This document shows positions 41,201 to 56,200 of a DNA stretch of 64,000 nt, piece after piece; positions within the stretch are counted from its first letter, which is position 1; each line of letters opens with the position of its first letter. The stretch spans positions 13,767,129 through 13,831,128 of the forward strand of contig CM082576.2 of NCBI GenBank assembly GCA_040954595.2. Direction: 5' to 3'. This DNA is from Balanoglossus misakiensis. Lineage: Eukaryota; Animalia; Hemichordata. The translations under genes and the position numbers were made by a program. A model generated the notes under the pieces. It was not told the DNA's origin and did no database searches. It saw only the letters and a list, made by a program, of their open reading frames with translations.

Positions 41201-44200
41201 TTCTACCTCCACAGATCCAGGATTCGCTGGAGACCACTTTACAGCAGAGATACCAGGACGCAACTCAAGACTACTCACAGTGGATCAAAGCAGCCAAGTC
41301 GTCTTTGAAGAGCTGTGCAGACACTGCGGGAGATCGAGCATTCATTGAAACTAAATTGGACAAATTGAATGTGAGAGCGTTACTGCAGTTTTTGTGATTG
41401 TGTCTTTCTTGCCAATTCTCGGTGTACAATGAAAAAACCCCACCTGGATTTGTATCAGGCCTAAATCCCTACTGTGCTATTTTGAGTGCAGATGACTTCA
41501 TCAATGACCCCTCTATCTGTGAATCATATATACAAATGTACATGTGAATATGATATTATACAATATGATATGATACGATACGACATGACAGAAGAGTCTG
41601 ATCGTACATTAACATAGCGTAGTAGCTACCACTGTTACTTAGAAAACCAATGATACATGTACCAGATTTGAAAAGCCAAGGTAATACAATAGAGCATTGG
41701 ACATAGAATGATTCAGGTCACAAAATTTGTGCTAGAAATGTCATCGGAATGTTTAAGCCCATTCAGCCAGTTAGCATGTTAGTATCATCACTATATGCAC
41801 CATTGACATCATTCATTTCAGGAACTGGACGATAACGTAGATGCAGGCAGGGCCAAGCTGAACAACCTGAACTCCAAGGGTGAGCATCTGTGGCCAACCC
41901 TTCCCGATCACAAACAAGACACCATCAAACACGAACTGGCTGTGGTCAATCAGGAGTTCAACACGCTGACCTCTGACCTGCTGACGTGGCTCGATAAGCT
42001 GGAGGAGTGCGCTGAACTTTGTCAGCAGTTTGAGGAGGCCTTCGCCAAGCTCTCCAGTTGGTTGAAGTCCATGGAGGAGAAAGTGAAGGCTCAGGCCGGG
42101 CCAAAGAGAGACCTTGGGCAGAAAGAAGACCAGCTGGAAGAATTCACGGTTTGTAACTATTAGTTCTACTTGTGAATGAAACAAAGCTTTTGATTGGCCA
42201 GTAGTCGAGACATCCATGATTTAAACCAACAAGGATGAGTCTTATATATTTGGTTGATTAATAAGCAAAACAATTTTTTTTATCATTTTATCACTGAAAC
42301 TTACAATAATTTATTTTCAAACTTTTTTCTTCAGAATTTGGACGATGACATCGAGAAACAATCAGAACTGGTAGAACTGGTGAAAGAAGGAGCAGACAGC
42401 TTGGCTGAAGTCAGTTCATCCAATGCCAAGGTTGTGAGCCAGGTTGCTCAAGTGACAAACAGCTATCATATTCTAGCCAACAAAGTCAAGGTAATTGTAA
42501 TAAAAGCTTATTGGCACTAGTGGCACACTGAAAATATGTTCAGTATAGAACAAGTTTCTGGTTTTATTCCCAGAGTTTAGTACAGCAAGTCTCCGTTCAT
42601 GAAAATCAAAAGTTTGGTCAGAAAATGTTCAAAAAACTGAAAACTTGTATCATTTGTTCATGATATCAACTTTAATATTTGTGAAATGAGAGCGAAAGTT
42701 TACCTTTATAGAAATGTTTACAGGAGAATTAATCTGTATCTTTATTCAGTTCCATTGAAGGATTCATAAATGAATGTCATCTAATATGTGTGAAAAACAA
42801 GGAGTATGAATAATGTTCATGTTTGTCATAGAAGTTTTTTGTAGATTTTTAGAAAATAACATGAAAGTTGCCCAACTCTCTTTTGTACAGGACATTTTGA
42901 AACAAGCAGATCAGAATGTCAGAGATCATCAGGATTATTTAGAAAGCACAGTGAATTTCACCGGCTGGATGCAAGATTTGAAAGAAGACTATGCCAACTG
43001 TGCTGAACCAACCGGTGATAGACAAGCTTGCCAAGCCAAACTGGACAAATTACAGGTACTTTATTCATTTATATTCTTGTAGATGTTGTAGGGAGACCTT
43101 GTTTGGTGTATAGTCCATAAAAGAAGGACTCACCACAATTGCATGTCAAAATTGTCGCCTCTATCACTCCACCCATATTCATCATTACATTTCAAAGGAC
43201 AGGGATTATCATTAGTTTTCTGATACTCTCCACTGGCATTAATAATCTATTTTGAATATTGTTGTATAAAACATGCTGTGGTTGTAAACTAAATGTATTA
43301 CAGACTATATGTAATTGTATTGATGTGTTCATTGTAAGCTGGCAACAACTAAAAGGTTGTTCTCTGACAGACATTGTGATGAGTGTCTCACACCCAGAGC
43401 AATTAATCCGTGACCGTACACTGCACTGTTTTTCCTTTTTGCTAGAAGACCAATTTTCAGCAGAGTTGTACCTGCTGATCTTTTACAGCACAGGTTACAT
43501 TGGCCATATTTTAGTTAATTCTGTATTTTTGAAATCATAGAAACATAAAATATGTACTTTTCTATTACCATATGTGTCATGTGCATCTGGAAGTGTTTTG
43601 TGTTTAAAATGTTGGCTCTATTCAACTCCTAAAGTGATCATTCTTCATCTTACTGCAGGAACTGCTTTCTCTGAGAGATGAGGGACAAGCCAAACTGAAC
43701 GACATTGTCAGCAAGGTTCACAAAGTCTTGCCGCACACTTCGCAAGACGGCCGAGACATCATCAAAGGGGACCTGCAGGCCCTCAAGGAGGAATGGGAGA
43801 GTCTGGTCGCCAGCATGGGTGAATCCAGGGGTCGACTGGAAGCCAGCCTGCAGCAGTGGGGCTCGTACGAAGACAGTTACAAGCAGATCCGCGAGTGGCT
43901 GGACGACATGGAAGGACAACTGCAGAGCGAGGTCGATTTGAAAGACGACTTGCATGGAAAGAAACTGCAGCTGGAAAAATTGAAGGTAATGATGCTGTTG
44001 TGATTGTTGCTAGGTTGCACTGGAATTACTTTGGTAGCTTTAATAAGGTATGCATATTTGATCTCCTAAAGGTATTCATAAAATCACAGTACTGTATCAG
44101 AGCTAGGGGTATAAGTGAGCCAATCTTAGCTATTAAAGCTTTACACAAAACATTTCAAACAGTAATTAAAGTGAAAATTCTAGATTTGATTCTGAAATTT

Positions 44201-47200
44201 TATAAATCTGTAATAATTTGGTAAATTTGCAATAGTCTCTGTGTTTTGTCTGTTTTTCAGTGCACCTTTACATCCACAGTTCAGAGAAGAACGTATGAAA
44301 CTGATTTTTGATCAACACATCTTTGTGTTATTTTCAGTCCTTACAGCAAGATCTTGTAGGTGATAAGCCAGTTGTGGACGCATTCATATCCAAAGCTCAG
44401 GAAATCCTGCAGAGTGGTCCAGGAGATGCGGCCATTGGTCGACAAGCCTCCGAAGTGGAGAACCGATACCAGAATTTGGCCACGAAGACAAAAGAGAGAT
44501 TGGCCAAACAAGAACGTTACGTACAGGAGCACGAAGTCTACAGCAGTGCATTGCAGGACTTCACTGATTACATGAAACTGACAAAGGACAGATTCGGCAG
44601 CTGCGCTGGGCTTTCCGGTGACAAGATTGTCATGGAAACCAAATTGCTGAAAGTACAGGTGTGTGTTAGAACTGCGGGTTTTGTGTATTTTAGTAGAATT
44701 GTAAGAAGCGATTTTAGACCTGTTCAGAAAAAAAGAAATTTAACAGTGTGTTTGGAAATTAAGAAAATGAAAATTCTTACCTGTAAATTGATGTTGTGCC
44801 TCCATATTGTGAATTTTTGATGTAAAAATATGTTTTATTATCACTCTTTAGCAATACTGTTGTATTTCAAAGAGATTAGGCTATGATTGCATAGAGTTGT
44901 CAAACCCAGATGTATCTGACATGAATCTCTGCATTTCCATTTTCTCACATTCACAGGAACTGTTATCCAAGCGACACCAGGGCCAGGGTAAACTCAACAA
45001 CCTGACCGAGTGCGCAAGCGACGTCCTCCCTCACACTGCAGAAGGGGGCCAGGACCACATCAGAAATGAAATCGATCGTCTGCAGAGAGAATGGGCCGAC
45101 CTGATCGCTCAGATGCAGGACACACGGAGTCACCTGGACTCGTCTCTGGAACAGTGGAACAGCTTTGAGGACAGGTATGATCAGCTGGCCAGGTGGGTCA
45201 GAGAGGCGGAGGAGATGCTGAGGTCAGCCACGGAGCTGCAGCCCGGTCTCGGGGAGAAGAAGGGCCAACTTGAAAGATTCAAGGTAATTTTGACTTCATC
45301 ATCATGTGATGTATGATCTTATACCCAATATGTGACATACCTTCATCCATAAATAGCACCTTCATTTTTGATTAGTATGGCCTCTTCAGATTTATCATAA
45401 TTGTTAATGAATAGAAACTAGAGCATGTAGAAATGATCTGAATTGGCACAGACGATGGCGTACATGAAGCTAAGCTCAGAGGTAAAAATGGAAATTTGGA
45501 AAAAGTAGGAATTTTATTGCTCAGGAAGTGAAGTGAACAAACCAGTGTTACTCGGGAGAGGGAAAAAATTTTAATCTTTGTTATAATGGTGTGATAGATA
45601 TGGGAACAGACATTTGTCGATACTTGAGAAATAAAAACTTACGAATTTTTACAAAATTATATATTACCTGAATATTACAGGCCCTTGAACAAGACATCAC
45701 AGCTCATGAACCAAAACTGGAAACTGTCAGCCAAGAAGCTCAGCAGATAGTAGAAAGCAATGCATCAGACATCTCAGTGGGTTCACAGGCGTCTCATCTT
45801 CTATCAAGATATGAAGGACTGAAAATGAACTCACAGGTCAGTATACAAGAAACTTTTTGTAATAGGGTTCATTTATTTCAGACAAAACATGAGGCCAGTG
45901 CCACAAAAAGGAAACAATTGTAGTTGCTGTGGTGTTATACACAAATTTTCATCGGCAAGGTTTGTATCTCACAGTCCCCTCAGTGGACAGAAAAATGCAA
46001 TCAAGCAGTATATTCTTATGAAAAATATGATTGATGTTTATTCTTTAAATCCCAAAATTACACTTTGTATTACAGTTACTGAAAAGAATTTTGGTCACAT
46101 AACAATCGTGTTTGTCACACAATTGTTCTAACCAATCATTGAAGACTAAGCGACACTGATGTTGAACTTCCACAAAAAAATAACATTTTTGTTTTTCACA
46201 GGACACACTAAAGAGGTTAGACAGTCACATTGCTGATCACCAGCAGTTCATTGATTCCGTGAAGGAGTTCGGTGAATGGTTGGACAATGCTGAACGCACC
46301 CTGCAGGGCTGCTCCATTGTCTCTGGTGACAGGGCCGATCTGGAGAAAAAGATTGAAACGATCAAGGTGAGTTTATGTCGGCAGGTGGCAGAAAGATGCC
46401 TACAAAACAGAAGTAGGGAATTGAACTCTATAGTATGATGTGAAAAATACAAAAAAATATTCACTTTAGTCAGCTATATTAATTCTTCAATCAAAAGTAT
46501 AATTTCTTGTGCAGCTGTGATGTTTTAACAATGTCCACAGCCAACTTTATTTCTTTTTAGTTTTAGCTTTCCTATAATGGCGTAAATTTCTCTAAATTAA
46601 GTGGATAACTGTCAGTGTACTATATGTTAATTCACAAACAAATTATTTCTTACTCTAAAACAGCAAAATTCATGATGTGTCTGTTTTGCCTTCAGGATCT
46701 TCAGTCCAACAGACCTCAGGGACAGGCGTTACTGAACCAGACAGTGGACACCGTTCACAAGATCCTTCCTCACACTGCGCCGGCCGGAAGGGACCACGCG
46801 AAGCAACAACTTCAAGAAGCCAAGGAGAAATGGGAGAAGTTCCTGAGTGACTTGAGCGAGGCCAAAGGAAACTTGGAGACTTCCCTGGTGCAGTGGAACA
46901 GCTATGAAGATAACTATGCGCAGTTCTTGAAGTGGTTGGAAGAAACGGAGAACGAACTGACCCCGGATGCCATATCGAAGTTGTATCCCGATTTGAATGG
47001 GAAGAAAGAACACCTGGAAAAATACAAGGTGAGGTTTTTGACAGTATCAGAAAGCCACAACATGCTAGACATATTGAAGTTAAAAAAATATTCTACTTCA
47101 GATATATAGTTGCTTCAAAATATTATGATATTATAGTATCATATATGCATGTTACATGCATAGTTCTATTTCATACAGTGTAAAATCTAGTTTAGAAAAT

Positions 47201-50200
47201 GTTTGTACTGTTCACTCTCTATCCAACCACGGAAATGGTTTTATTAATAATCCAACATGTAGAACTTTGTCTCTGATATATTTATATTTCAAGTGGAATC
47301 CATAAAATAAAGGGTGGTTGTGAGGAGTTGATGTATCATGCTGTATGCCAGTGAAGTGCCAATAGTTGCTCAACATCCAATATTTTCATTTTGAGGGCTC
47401 AAGTAATTACATTTTGTGATAAACTTTAATCCCAATTTTTCTAAGTAATGATTAGACTGAATATTGTCCCATTGTAATCTGTATTTCACTACAATATGCA
47501 TCATGAATTGGCAAACAGGCTAAATAATAAATGTTCAATATTTCATAGCTACAATGATGTACATACATGTATGTGTAAAGCTAATTCAGCAGATATTGAG
47601 GGCTGTTGACAGATTTCACAGAAGATCAAACACCTGGCCCTAGCAAACCTTCTGTACTTGGCAGTCACTCAAACATGACAAATATTTGAAGAAATGGAAA
47701 GCAAACAATGTTGTTTTCCCTGGGTCCTCCTAACACTTGTTGCAATGTACCAGGTGTACATGTATCTTGGTTGTGTCAACCAAATTACTGTTACCAAGGC
47801 TGGTAACACGTGGAATGAAAATGTCCGTAGAAGTATGTCTTGCTGACAATTGTTGCTTTTCATGGGTTGCATAAGAATTCCAGAAATAGCACGCACCAAA
47901 ATAGATAAGGAAACCAAAAATGTACAATTGTCCGAACATTTGATTCTATTCTAAGATATATTGATATAGTTTTTAATCTAACTGAAGTATTTTATTTTTC
48001 GATTTAAATAACTTCTTTGTATGATGCTGTGGCCAAAATAATTTGTGTGTGTGTATTTTTGATTGTCAACAATGACCTGAAGATTAAAGTTGAAATGAAT
48101 GAATTTTGTGCTTTTATGATTATTTTAGGCGATTCAGCAGGACCTTGTAGCTCACCAGAGTATTGCTGATGCAGTCACACAGAAAGCTCAGAACATTCTA
48201 GAAACTAACGTCGGCAAGATAAACATTGCACAACAGATTTCTGATTTGTCAAGGAGGTACCAGACTGCGTCTTTGACTGCTAAGGTAAGACTTGTTTTTC
48301 AACACACGTCATGCATGGTAGTATCAATTTGCATATGAATGGTCTATCTGCATAGCGGGATTTTCATTGGGTGGCGGGCGAGGGGTGAACTTTGGTCCAA
48401 TTATTGATTACTTCAAATTGGAGTTTAAAGCGCGCAGGAATAATTGGTCAAGTGTGTAGTGTGACCTCTGACACGTAGACTGTGAGACATGGTGAGCTAG
48501 TGTGTCCCCCCGACGCGAGGCGAGGCATAAAGACATGCCCAAGAAGAAAAAGCCCCTGAGGAAAAGGCTAGGATTTTTTCGGGCATTCACAAAGTGTTGT
48601 TCGTCCGCTTCGGCCGACTTGCAGGATGTGGTAGCGGACACGGAGAAGAATGTGCAGGAGCACCTGGTGTACGTGGAATCCAAGCAGGACTTCTGCGACT
48701 GGCTACAGGGCGCCAAGCAGAAACTCACCAGCTGTTCGGAACCGACGGGGACTAAAACTGCGAGTGAAGAGAGCATCCGTAAACTGGAGGTAAGGTTACT
48801 CCCCCTCCCCCTCCCCCTCTCCACATCAACCAACCAAGCAAACCCCATCACATTTCAAGTGAAGTGTAAACCAGAAGGTTAATCCTAGATCAGATTTGTA
48901 TTTTATTGCATTTAACTCAGAAACTAAACACCCAGTCATGCACTGCTGCGTCATTCAAAAATGATAACAGTCCAGTTACTGCAGTTACCAAGACAGTTAA
49001 TTATCAAAAACCAAACAGTTACCTTCACAACCTCCCGTAAAACAAATAAATACAGGCATGATCGGACCTTTTCACCTGCTATAGACATTTGGGTTGAGTC
49101 CAAATTGCGAGGTGTCTGCCAAATCACCTGTTTATATCCCTCTATTGTGTTGTTTACAAGTTACTGATTAGGAACCTCCTGCTGAGAAAAAACTATTTAC
49201 AGTATGACGTTGATTTATTCTAGGGCTGTGTCGTCACCAACAGGCATGTTCGTTTCATTGTAGGGGAAATTTATAACATACGTACTACTAGACATGACGT
49301 GCATATAAGATAGCTCATCTGGGCACATAAACAAAGGAATTTTGCATGTTATTTGAAGTGGTTTCATATTTCAGTGTGTACTGATGACAAAATTTAGTTT
49401 GTTTATTGATAATGATTATGATAATGGTGCCTCTTGATTCTTCAGACGTAAAGTTGACTATTAAGGAATATAAAAAATGACAATGCCTTTCTTTAAGAAC
49501 CCTATAAAATTATACGACAGTGGGATTTTATTTGAACAGAACACTTAAAACAAAAAGTTGATAAAAATTACCTGCGTGTCTCCAGGTTTCCTGTAGTTGA
49601 TTTCAAGTTAGTTGTAACGTAAAATTAATGTTGACATCACACTCTGCTAAGAGGGTTCTTTAACTTGTTGGGTAAATAAAGGTGCTGTGTGCTGGCTGGT
49701 TCGAAACTAGCTCTGAACAACTTTGCAATGTTTACGACCCATGGATTTAACCGTAAACACTCTTTAAAAGGTCAATAAATAGGTCAATTGTCATAAAGGA
49801 CTTGAAATGTGCAAGATTGCATGCATGACTCTGGGGTATTAACTACATGTGAGAACTGTGCTTCATTTTCGATATCACCATATATGGTAAATGCACTAGG
49901 GTAGTGCACTTATCTGTTTTTCTAAAATGGTAGTTTCTTTAAAACTAAAAGCTAACTTTGAACAAAGTAAAAAAGTGCAGGTATTAACAATCCAAAGCAA
50001 CGACTAAGTTATGAATTAGTTTTGTATAATATTTACTCATTCTTGATTACATGCCAAAGACTTAATTTATGATATCTTTCTTAGTACAGAAAACATGTTT
50101 AGGTGGTGTGAAAGTATGTTGTGATTTTCAGTATTAGATGAAATTAAAAAATATTTTGATCAGCAGTGAGCAGAAGTTATACTTTCCTTGTTTGTGTATT

Positions 50201-53200
50201 CACATCAATAAAAATGAATTTTCTGTAATCTAGTCAGATTTTCAACTCTGATGTTTTTCCCCCGACTCAAACAGGAGCTACTGACATCCAAGCAGTACGG
50301 CCAGAGCAAACTGAACTTGGTGCTGGAGTCGGGAGATCACGTGTTGCCCAGGACCGCTCCGGAAGGCAGAAGCGTCATCAAGGACGAAATGAAGGAACTG
50401 AAGGCGGAATGGGAAAAGCTGATGGCGGAGATCGTGGCGAGCAAGGCCAAGCAAGAGACGTCCCTGCAACAGCTGACCAAATTCCAGTACAGTTTCGATC
50501 AGATGTTGAAGTGGCTGAGCGAAGTTGAAGATCAGCTGAAAGCGGCGTCAGAACTCCAGCCGGGCTTCCAAGAGAAAAAGGCTCACTTAGACAAATACAA
50601 GGTAGTAGCCTTTCGTGTGAAAATGAAACCTTTTTCCAGTCTATTCCTCTAAAAAGCAAACAGAGACAAAAAAGCAGTAAAAACAGAGAAAAGATGTATC
50701 CTTTGAATGAAATTATTATTTCATCATAAACTATAAGTAATTTCAGATATTCTTCTCACAGTACATGTAGCTGAATATAATCAAAAATCGTTGTTAATTC
50801 AAAATGTTAAGAACACTAAAATATTAACACTACTCATGGAATGCTCAAGTGCATTTTAGAAATGACCAACAAATAAAGCGCTTTCACATCACACACTTCG
50901 GTAGTTGATGTGGTTACACCATGGAATTCTTCACAATCATAGTAGCATTATTTTAACTGTAAATATTAAGTGATTATTTCTTATTCTCACATATTCCTAG
51001 AAATATGTAACAATGACATGGAAAAATTTGAGAAAAGACCATACCAATGGCAATTTTTTTCAGGAGTGTCTTGTGGTTGTTTGTTTCAGGTTTTGAAAGA
51101 CAGCATTGCTGCTCACAAGAATACATTGGATCACATCAACCAGAAGGCGCAAGAGATCGCACAGTCCTCGTCCGAGGAAGTCAGCTTTGGAAGTGATGTG
51201 GCCAAGATGACGTCCCAGTACGAATCAGCAGTCATCAGAACTGAAGTAAGTTGTGAAATAGGTATTAAAAGTACTTGGTTTAGTATAGTAACTAAAATAT
51301 TGTAGTTTTAAAAAGAATCAACTTAAGTACACCATCAACTTTTAATTTACTTTGCCAAAGGTAGCCTAATGTTCAGTAGATCTCCATTTAGGATGTCAAT
51401 CATGACAAAATGATATTATTAGAATGACAGGTAAATATGTTCCACCCAAGTATAATAAAATGTGGTTGCTTAAGGTGTGCTTGTATTTGGTCCGTGATAG
51501 ATCTGTTTGTTATTCTGTTCTGATCCTCAAGAAGGATGTCAAAATTCAGTACTTTGATTGAATTTCTTGAGCCATTTTACTAAAAGAGACAGTATTGTAT
51601 CTGAAACTTGTAGGCTGTGCTATAATAGAAAAAGACAGTGTAACATATACATACAATGCAGAATAAAAATACTGACAAAAATGGTCAAAAACTATTATTA
51701 CTGTCCCCTGAAATTTGAAGTTGTCTTTAAATTAGAAAAAAAATCTGTACTGTTGTACCTGGCAATACCTATGACCTTCATGGTGCAATCACAATAAATG
51801 TAACACCACTCTGTTGAATGTGATATCGCTAAGATTCAAAATTCTTTCAGAGTTCATATAAACATAAATGTATAAGGTCGATATCATTAGTACCACCATG
51901 TCTGACAATCCAATATTAAAGTCAGGGACAATCTAATCACCATCTGTATCTATACTCTCAAATCAACATCAAGTGTTTGTCTTTGCTGTCCACTTTGTTG
52001 ACATTGGTTTCATTTTTATCTGAACTAAGTTTGTTCAATGGACTCAAAGGTGCAAATAATGATCCATAGTGGAACTTTTAATATTACTGTGGCCTTCATA
52101 AACTTGATATCAGTCTAGCATCTTTTGTCAAAGTTAATAAATGAATGAGGTAAAATAACTATCCATTGCAGTACTGTGTTGAAGAAATTCTTAAATTTTT
52201 GTAAGTAGATGTACATCTCGTGTCTTGTTTTGATGATTGTGTTATTGCTGTGCAAAGAAGCATAACAGTCTTGTGTCTTGTTTTCACTTAGGCGTTACAA
52301 TGCATGACTTGTCTCTACATGAATAGATGCATATATACATCAACAACTGCTGAGCATAATATTAATCGCTTCATTGCTATCACCATATTTTCTAAACTCC
52401 ATTTTTGACTATTTTTGTTACTTTTAAAGACCATGTTTGTGAAACACATTGTTTAGGCTGTTAAGTTTTGTTTCTTATAAAACTATCAAATAAATTAATA
52501 TCTTTGCTTAATTTAAAAGAAAAACTGAATCTGTCATTTTATGACAACCCTGAAGCCCCTGCACGTAAAATACAACTTTAAATAAAAACTATCATTGATT
52601 TTCAATTAATCATGAGAAATTCTATTTTATGCCTGCCATGCCAGGTCAAAGGGCTGTTTCACCTTTTGTTGGTCAAGACAACAAGTCAACATCGACACTG
52701 TGACAAGATTTAAGTAGCCTTTACCCCCCCCCCCTCCACTTTTCCATTTTTAAATATAAAAAATTGACTAAAACAGGAGATAATTCTATGTGAACTTTCT
52801 TTAGGCTCTGATTGATTTTTGATGCAAATTTTTTGGAATTGTTCCAGTAATGAAAAGACATAGTTTTCGAAGGTAATTTCATTGGTGCACTGTCTTGTGT
52901 TAAATGGTTTATGGCGGTTAGCCTCTGTGTTTAATTAGCCTTGTTTGCACCAAAGAAAAGTATATTTGATTACGACGTGATGACAATGCTGTGTAAAAGC
53001 TGATTTGTTTGATTTCACTGAAGAAGCAAAAAGTCAATAAAACTGTTCCAAGGTGAAGTGAACCCGTCAGTGGACTTTTAAAGCAATCTTGTAGTTTTCT
53101 GAAATCTTTTTGAAGATACACCATAGAATTAGATGGGTGACATTTGGGAGGAGTGGGTTGCGTGCAGAGATCCATCTGTCAGTGTTTTGTTTACTAAAAA

Positions 53201-56200
53201 TATGTGTATCTATGTTTATTATTTGGCCAATAAGACAAGAAATTATCACACTTTACATGCATGTCAGACTCACCTGAAATGTTTATCACAATCTTCAGAG
53301 AGATCTAATCCCCTCAGGCATTATTTCCTCTAGATCGTGGGACATGTTTACGTCGGCAATCCCTGCACCACCTGTCAAATATCGATGAGGTCAACAGAAT
53401 TTCATATGGAAAGTCACTGCAAATTCCCCTCCTTCAAAATCCCTTCCTAGAATTGAAGGAAAAGGCACAGTCCTCTTATATATAGAGGCTTCCTGGATGA
53501 AATACTGACCTCAGATCAGATCCGATTATATACCCAGATTTGGTTAACACCAAGTCATGGTTGGGTAATACATCTGGAGGCATCGATCTATTGTTGTACA
53601 GTATACACAAAACACAATAGACAAGAACGGAGTTGACCCAATGTCACACACACTGTAATAAGTTATGTTTGACTCAAAGAATAAGTTATTATATTGTGGA
53701 AAAAGGGACGATGTCTGTCTTAGAAGGAAGTTTTTTTTTTTAGCAAGACAATAGTATTGCGGTTTGCGTGGTATTTGAATATGTTAATAGGCCATACTTT
53801 TCAGCTGTTTCTGTTGTCATGTTATACATGTTGTAATTTATACAGTCACTTTACAGTAAAGTGTGCGGTTTTAAATTTTGTTGAATGTGTGTGTGGGTGA
53901 TAAGAGGACAAACAGACAGGTGTTCCCGGACTCTTTGCGGTCATGTATACTCCTATCTAATCAGTTATTTGGGGAACACCTTTCTAATTCATACATGTAG
54001 GAAGTGATACATGGCGACCATGCCTTGCAACGCTAGAGTGGGATAGCTCTCGCGGTGGTTGTAGTAGCTAGGAGTCGATGGCTGTACCGGTGTGTGGGTG
54101 TCGGGCATGATATCTGTACGAGGGGGGTATAATTGGGATCATGTTTGTAATGTTATGGGTGCTCTATCTCGCCATCCAGGACATCCTGCGGAGGTTGGAG
54201 CAGAATGCGGTCGAGCACAAGCGCTATCGCGAGTTCGTCACCGAAGCCGAGAAGTGGTTGGACGCCGCCGAACAGAAGTTGGACGCCAGCAAGGACACGA
54301 CCGGCGACAAGAACGTTCTGGAGAACAGGCTGGCTACCATGAAGGTGAGTTCCCGTGCGAACATTGCAGAGCTGCCAACACCTCCACAAAATAGTTCGGT
54401 CCACTCAACCTGTCAGTCTGGTTGAAAGGTCCGTCATCTGTCAGAAAATTTAAAAAAAATGCTCAAAGGTAGCAAATTCTGTATTGAATTTTCTTGAATA
54501 AATCTGCCGTCATCGTAAAATATTTCAATGTTGTCAGAAGTTAAAGGGTACAGACTGCTTATCAAGGAATTTCAAAAAATAGTAAGGTAACTACAGAAAA
54601 AATGTGATATCTTTACACGCAGACAGTCTGTGACTGGTTTACCTTTGAACTCCAGCTATCGATTACTGCCAGACCATGGCATAATCACTTTGTTTGTTTT
54701 GATACCTGGATTACAGCCAAAATCAACAAATGTTGACATCTATAAGGCTGTGGATGGACCTGAAGCACACTAAAGGCATGGCCTTTAAATCCCTGCTTCT
54801 CACATTTTAGCTCTTGTTTACATTGGTTGTATTTGGTATTAGTCCTTGTTTTCCACAAATATTTATGATTTACTGAAACTTGTCAAGTGAAGTGAATTCT
54901 TGTCAGACAAAGATGACGTAAAACACAGGGCTGAAAATAAACTGAATGATGAAGTTTAATTCCACTTTTACTGGTGCTTTCACCTGCTATCTCTAGTCTA
55001 ACCACAAATCATAATTCAAAGAGCAGTGATATTTTAAGATGGATGATTCATTTCAACGAAATTAAAAAAATAAATAAATAAAAAACATACACTGACCATG
55101 TCAACTTTACATTGACTTGTATGCAATAATTCAGAGCAACGTCATTCATTTAGAATGCAGTCTGAACAACTTAATATTAATATAAACTATTGTATTTATG
55201 AGTATTTTCATTGTTTAGCTCACTTTATTCTTTGATTTGATTTATATATCAAATAGTTACACTGAATAATATACTGCTGTGTACAGGTGTAGCCGTAAAC
55301 TTTGACCTCAAAGAATATTTTGTTGTATGTAACGAAAGGCTGGTTGCCTCTGCAAATTGCTGGAAGATACACTGTTCATTTTGCCCGCATGCAGTGGCAT
55401 ATGATTTGAGAAATTCATGAGGACAATATAAATCATAGGGAAAGTCTTTATAATCTGAATCATTATCATACAAGAAATCTTAAACTTCTCATCAGAATCT
55501 TTTTTAAAAAGTGATTTGTTGAGTAGCAGGAGTGAACTAATGAGAATGTCCAATGTTTTGCAGGATTTGATGGCCAGCAGACAGGTCGGTCAAGCACGAC
55601 TAGAGAACGCCATCAGCCAGGGAGAGAAGGTCATTCCGCACACGGCCGAAGGCACCAGAGGGAGAGGACTCATCAAGGAAGAGATGGAAAGCCTGAGGAA
55701 GGAATGGGAAGGTCTGTCTTCCCAGATCAGCCACGTCAAAGACGACTTGGAGAAGTGCATCCAACAGTGGGATAGCTACGAACACAGCTACGAGCAGAGC
55801 GTAAGATGGTTGAAGGACACGGAGGAGTCGCTCAAGAGTGCCTCGGAACTTCAGCCTCATCTTAATGACAAGAAGAGTCAATTAGAAACCTATAAGGTAA
55901 TGTGTGTTTTCTGTGAAAAGAATACCTCGTACAGGCACTGTGTAGTAACGTAGCCTGTAGAGTTCCTGGATTCACTTTGAAATCATCTTTCACAGTTGGT
56001 ATTGCTTGATCACAATCTCCACATCCTGAACTTTCAAGTATAAAGTTATTGCGATTGATTCATAATTTTTCAGAAATACTATGACTGCTGCCATTATCGT
56101 GTAAATCCTGTAAAAATTAAAATAACGGTACAATATTCATTAGACATTCATCTAGTGCCTGTTATCCATGTCAGACCTTGCAGTGGTCTTTGGAAAGAAC

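Noticed and set aside
52292-52410. Possible terminal exon after a good pyrimidine tract
   Set aside because: The peptide looks random and AATAAA is common in this AT-rich DNA; support is insufficient
54541-54788. TTAA-flanked segment resembling a MITE
   Set aside because: Terminal inverted match is only about 3 nt
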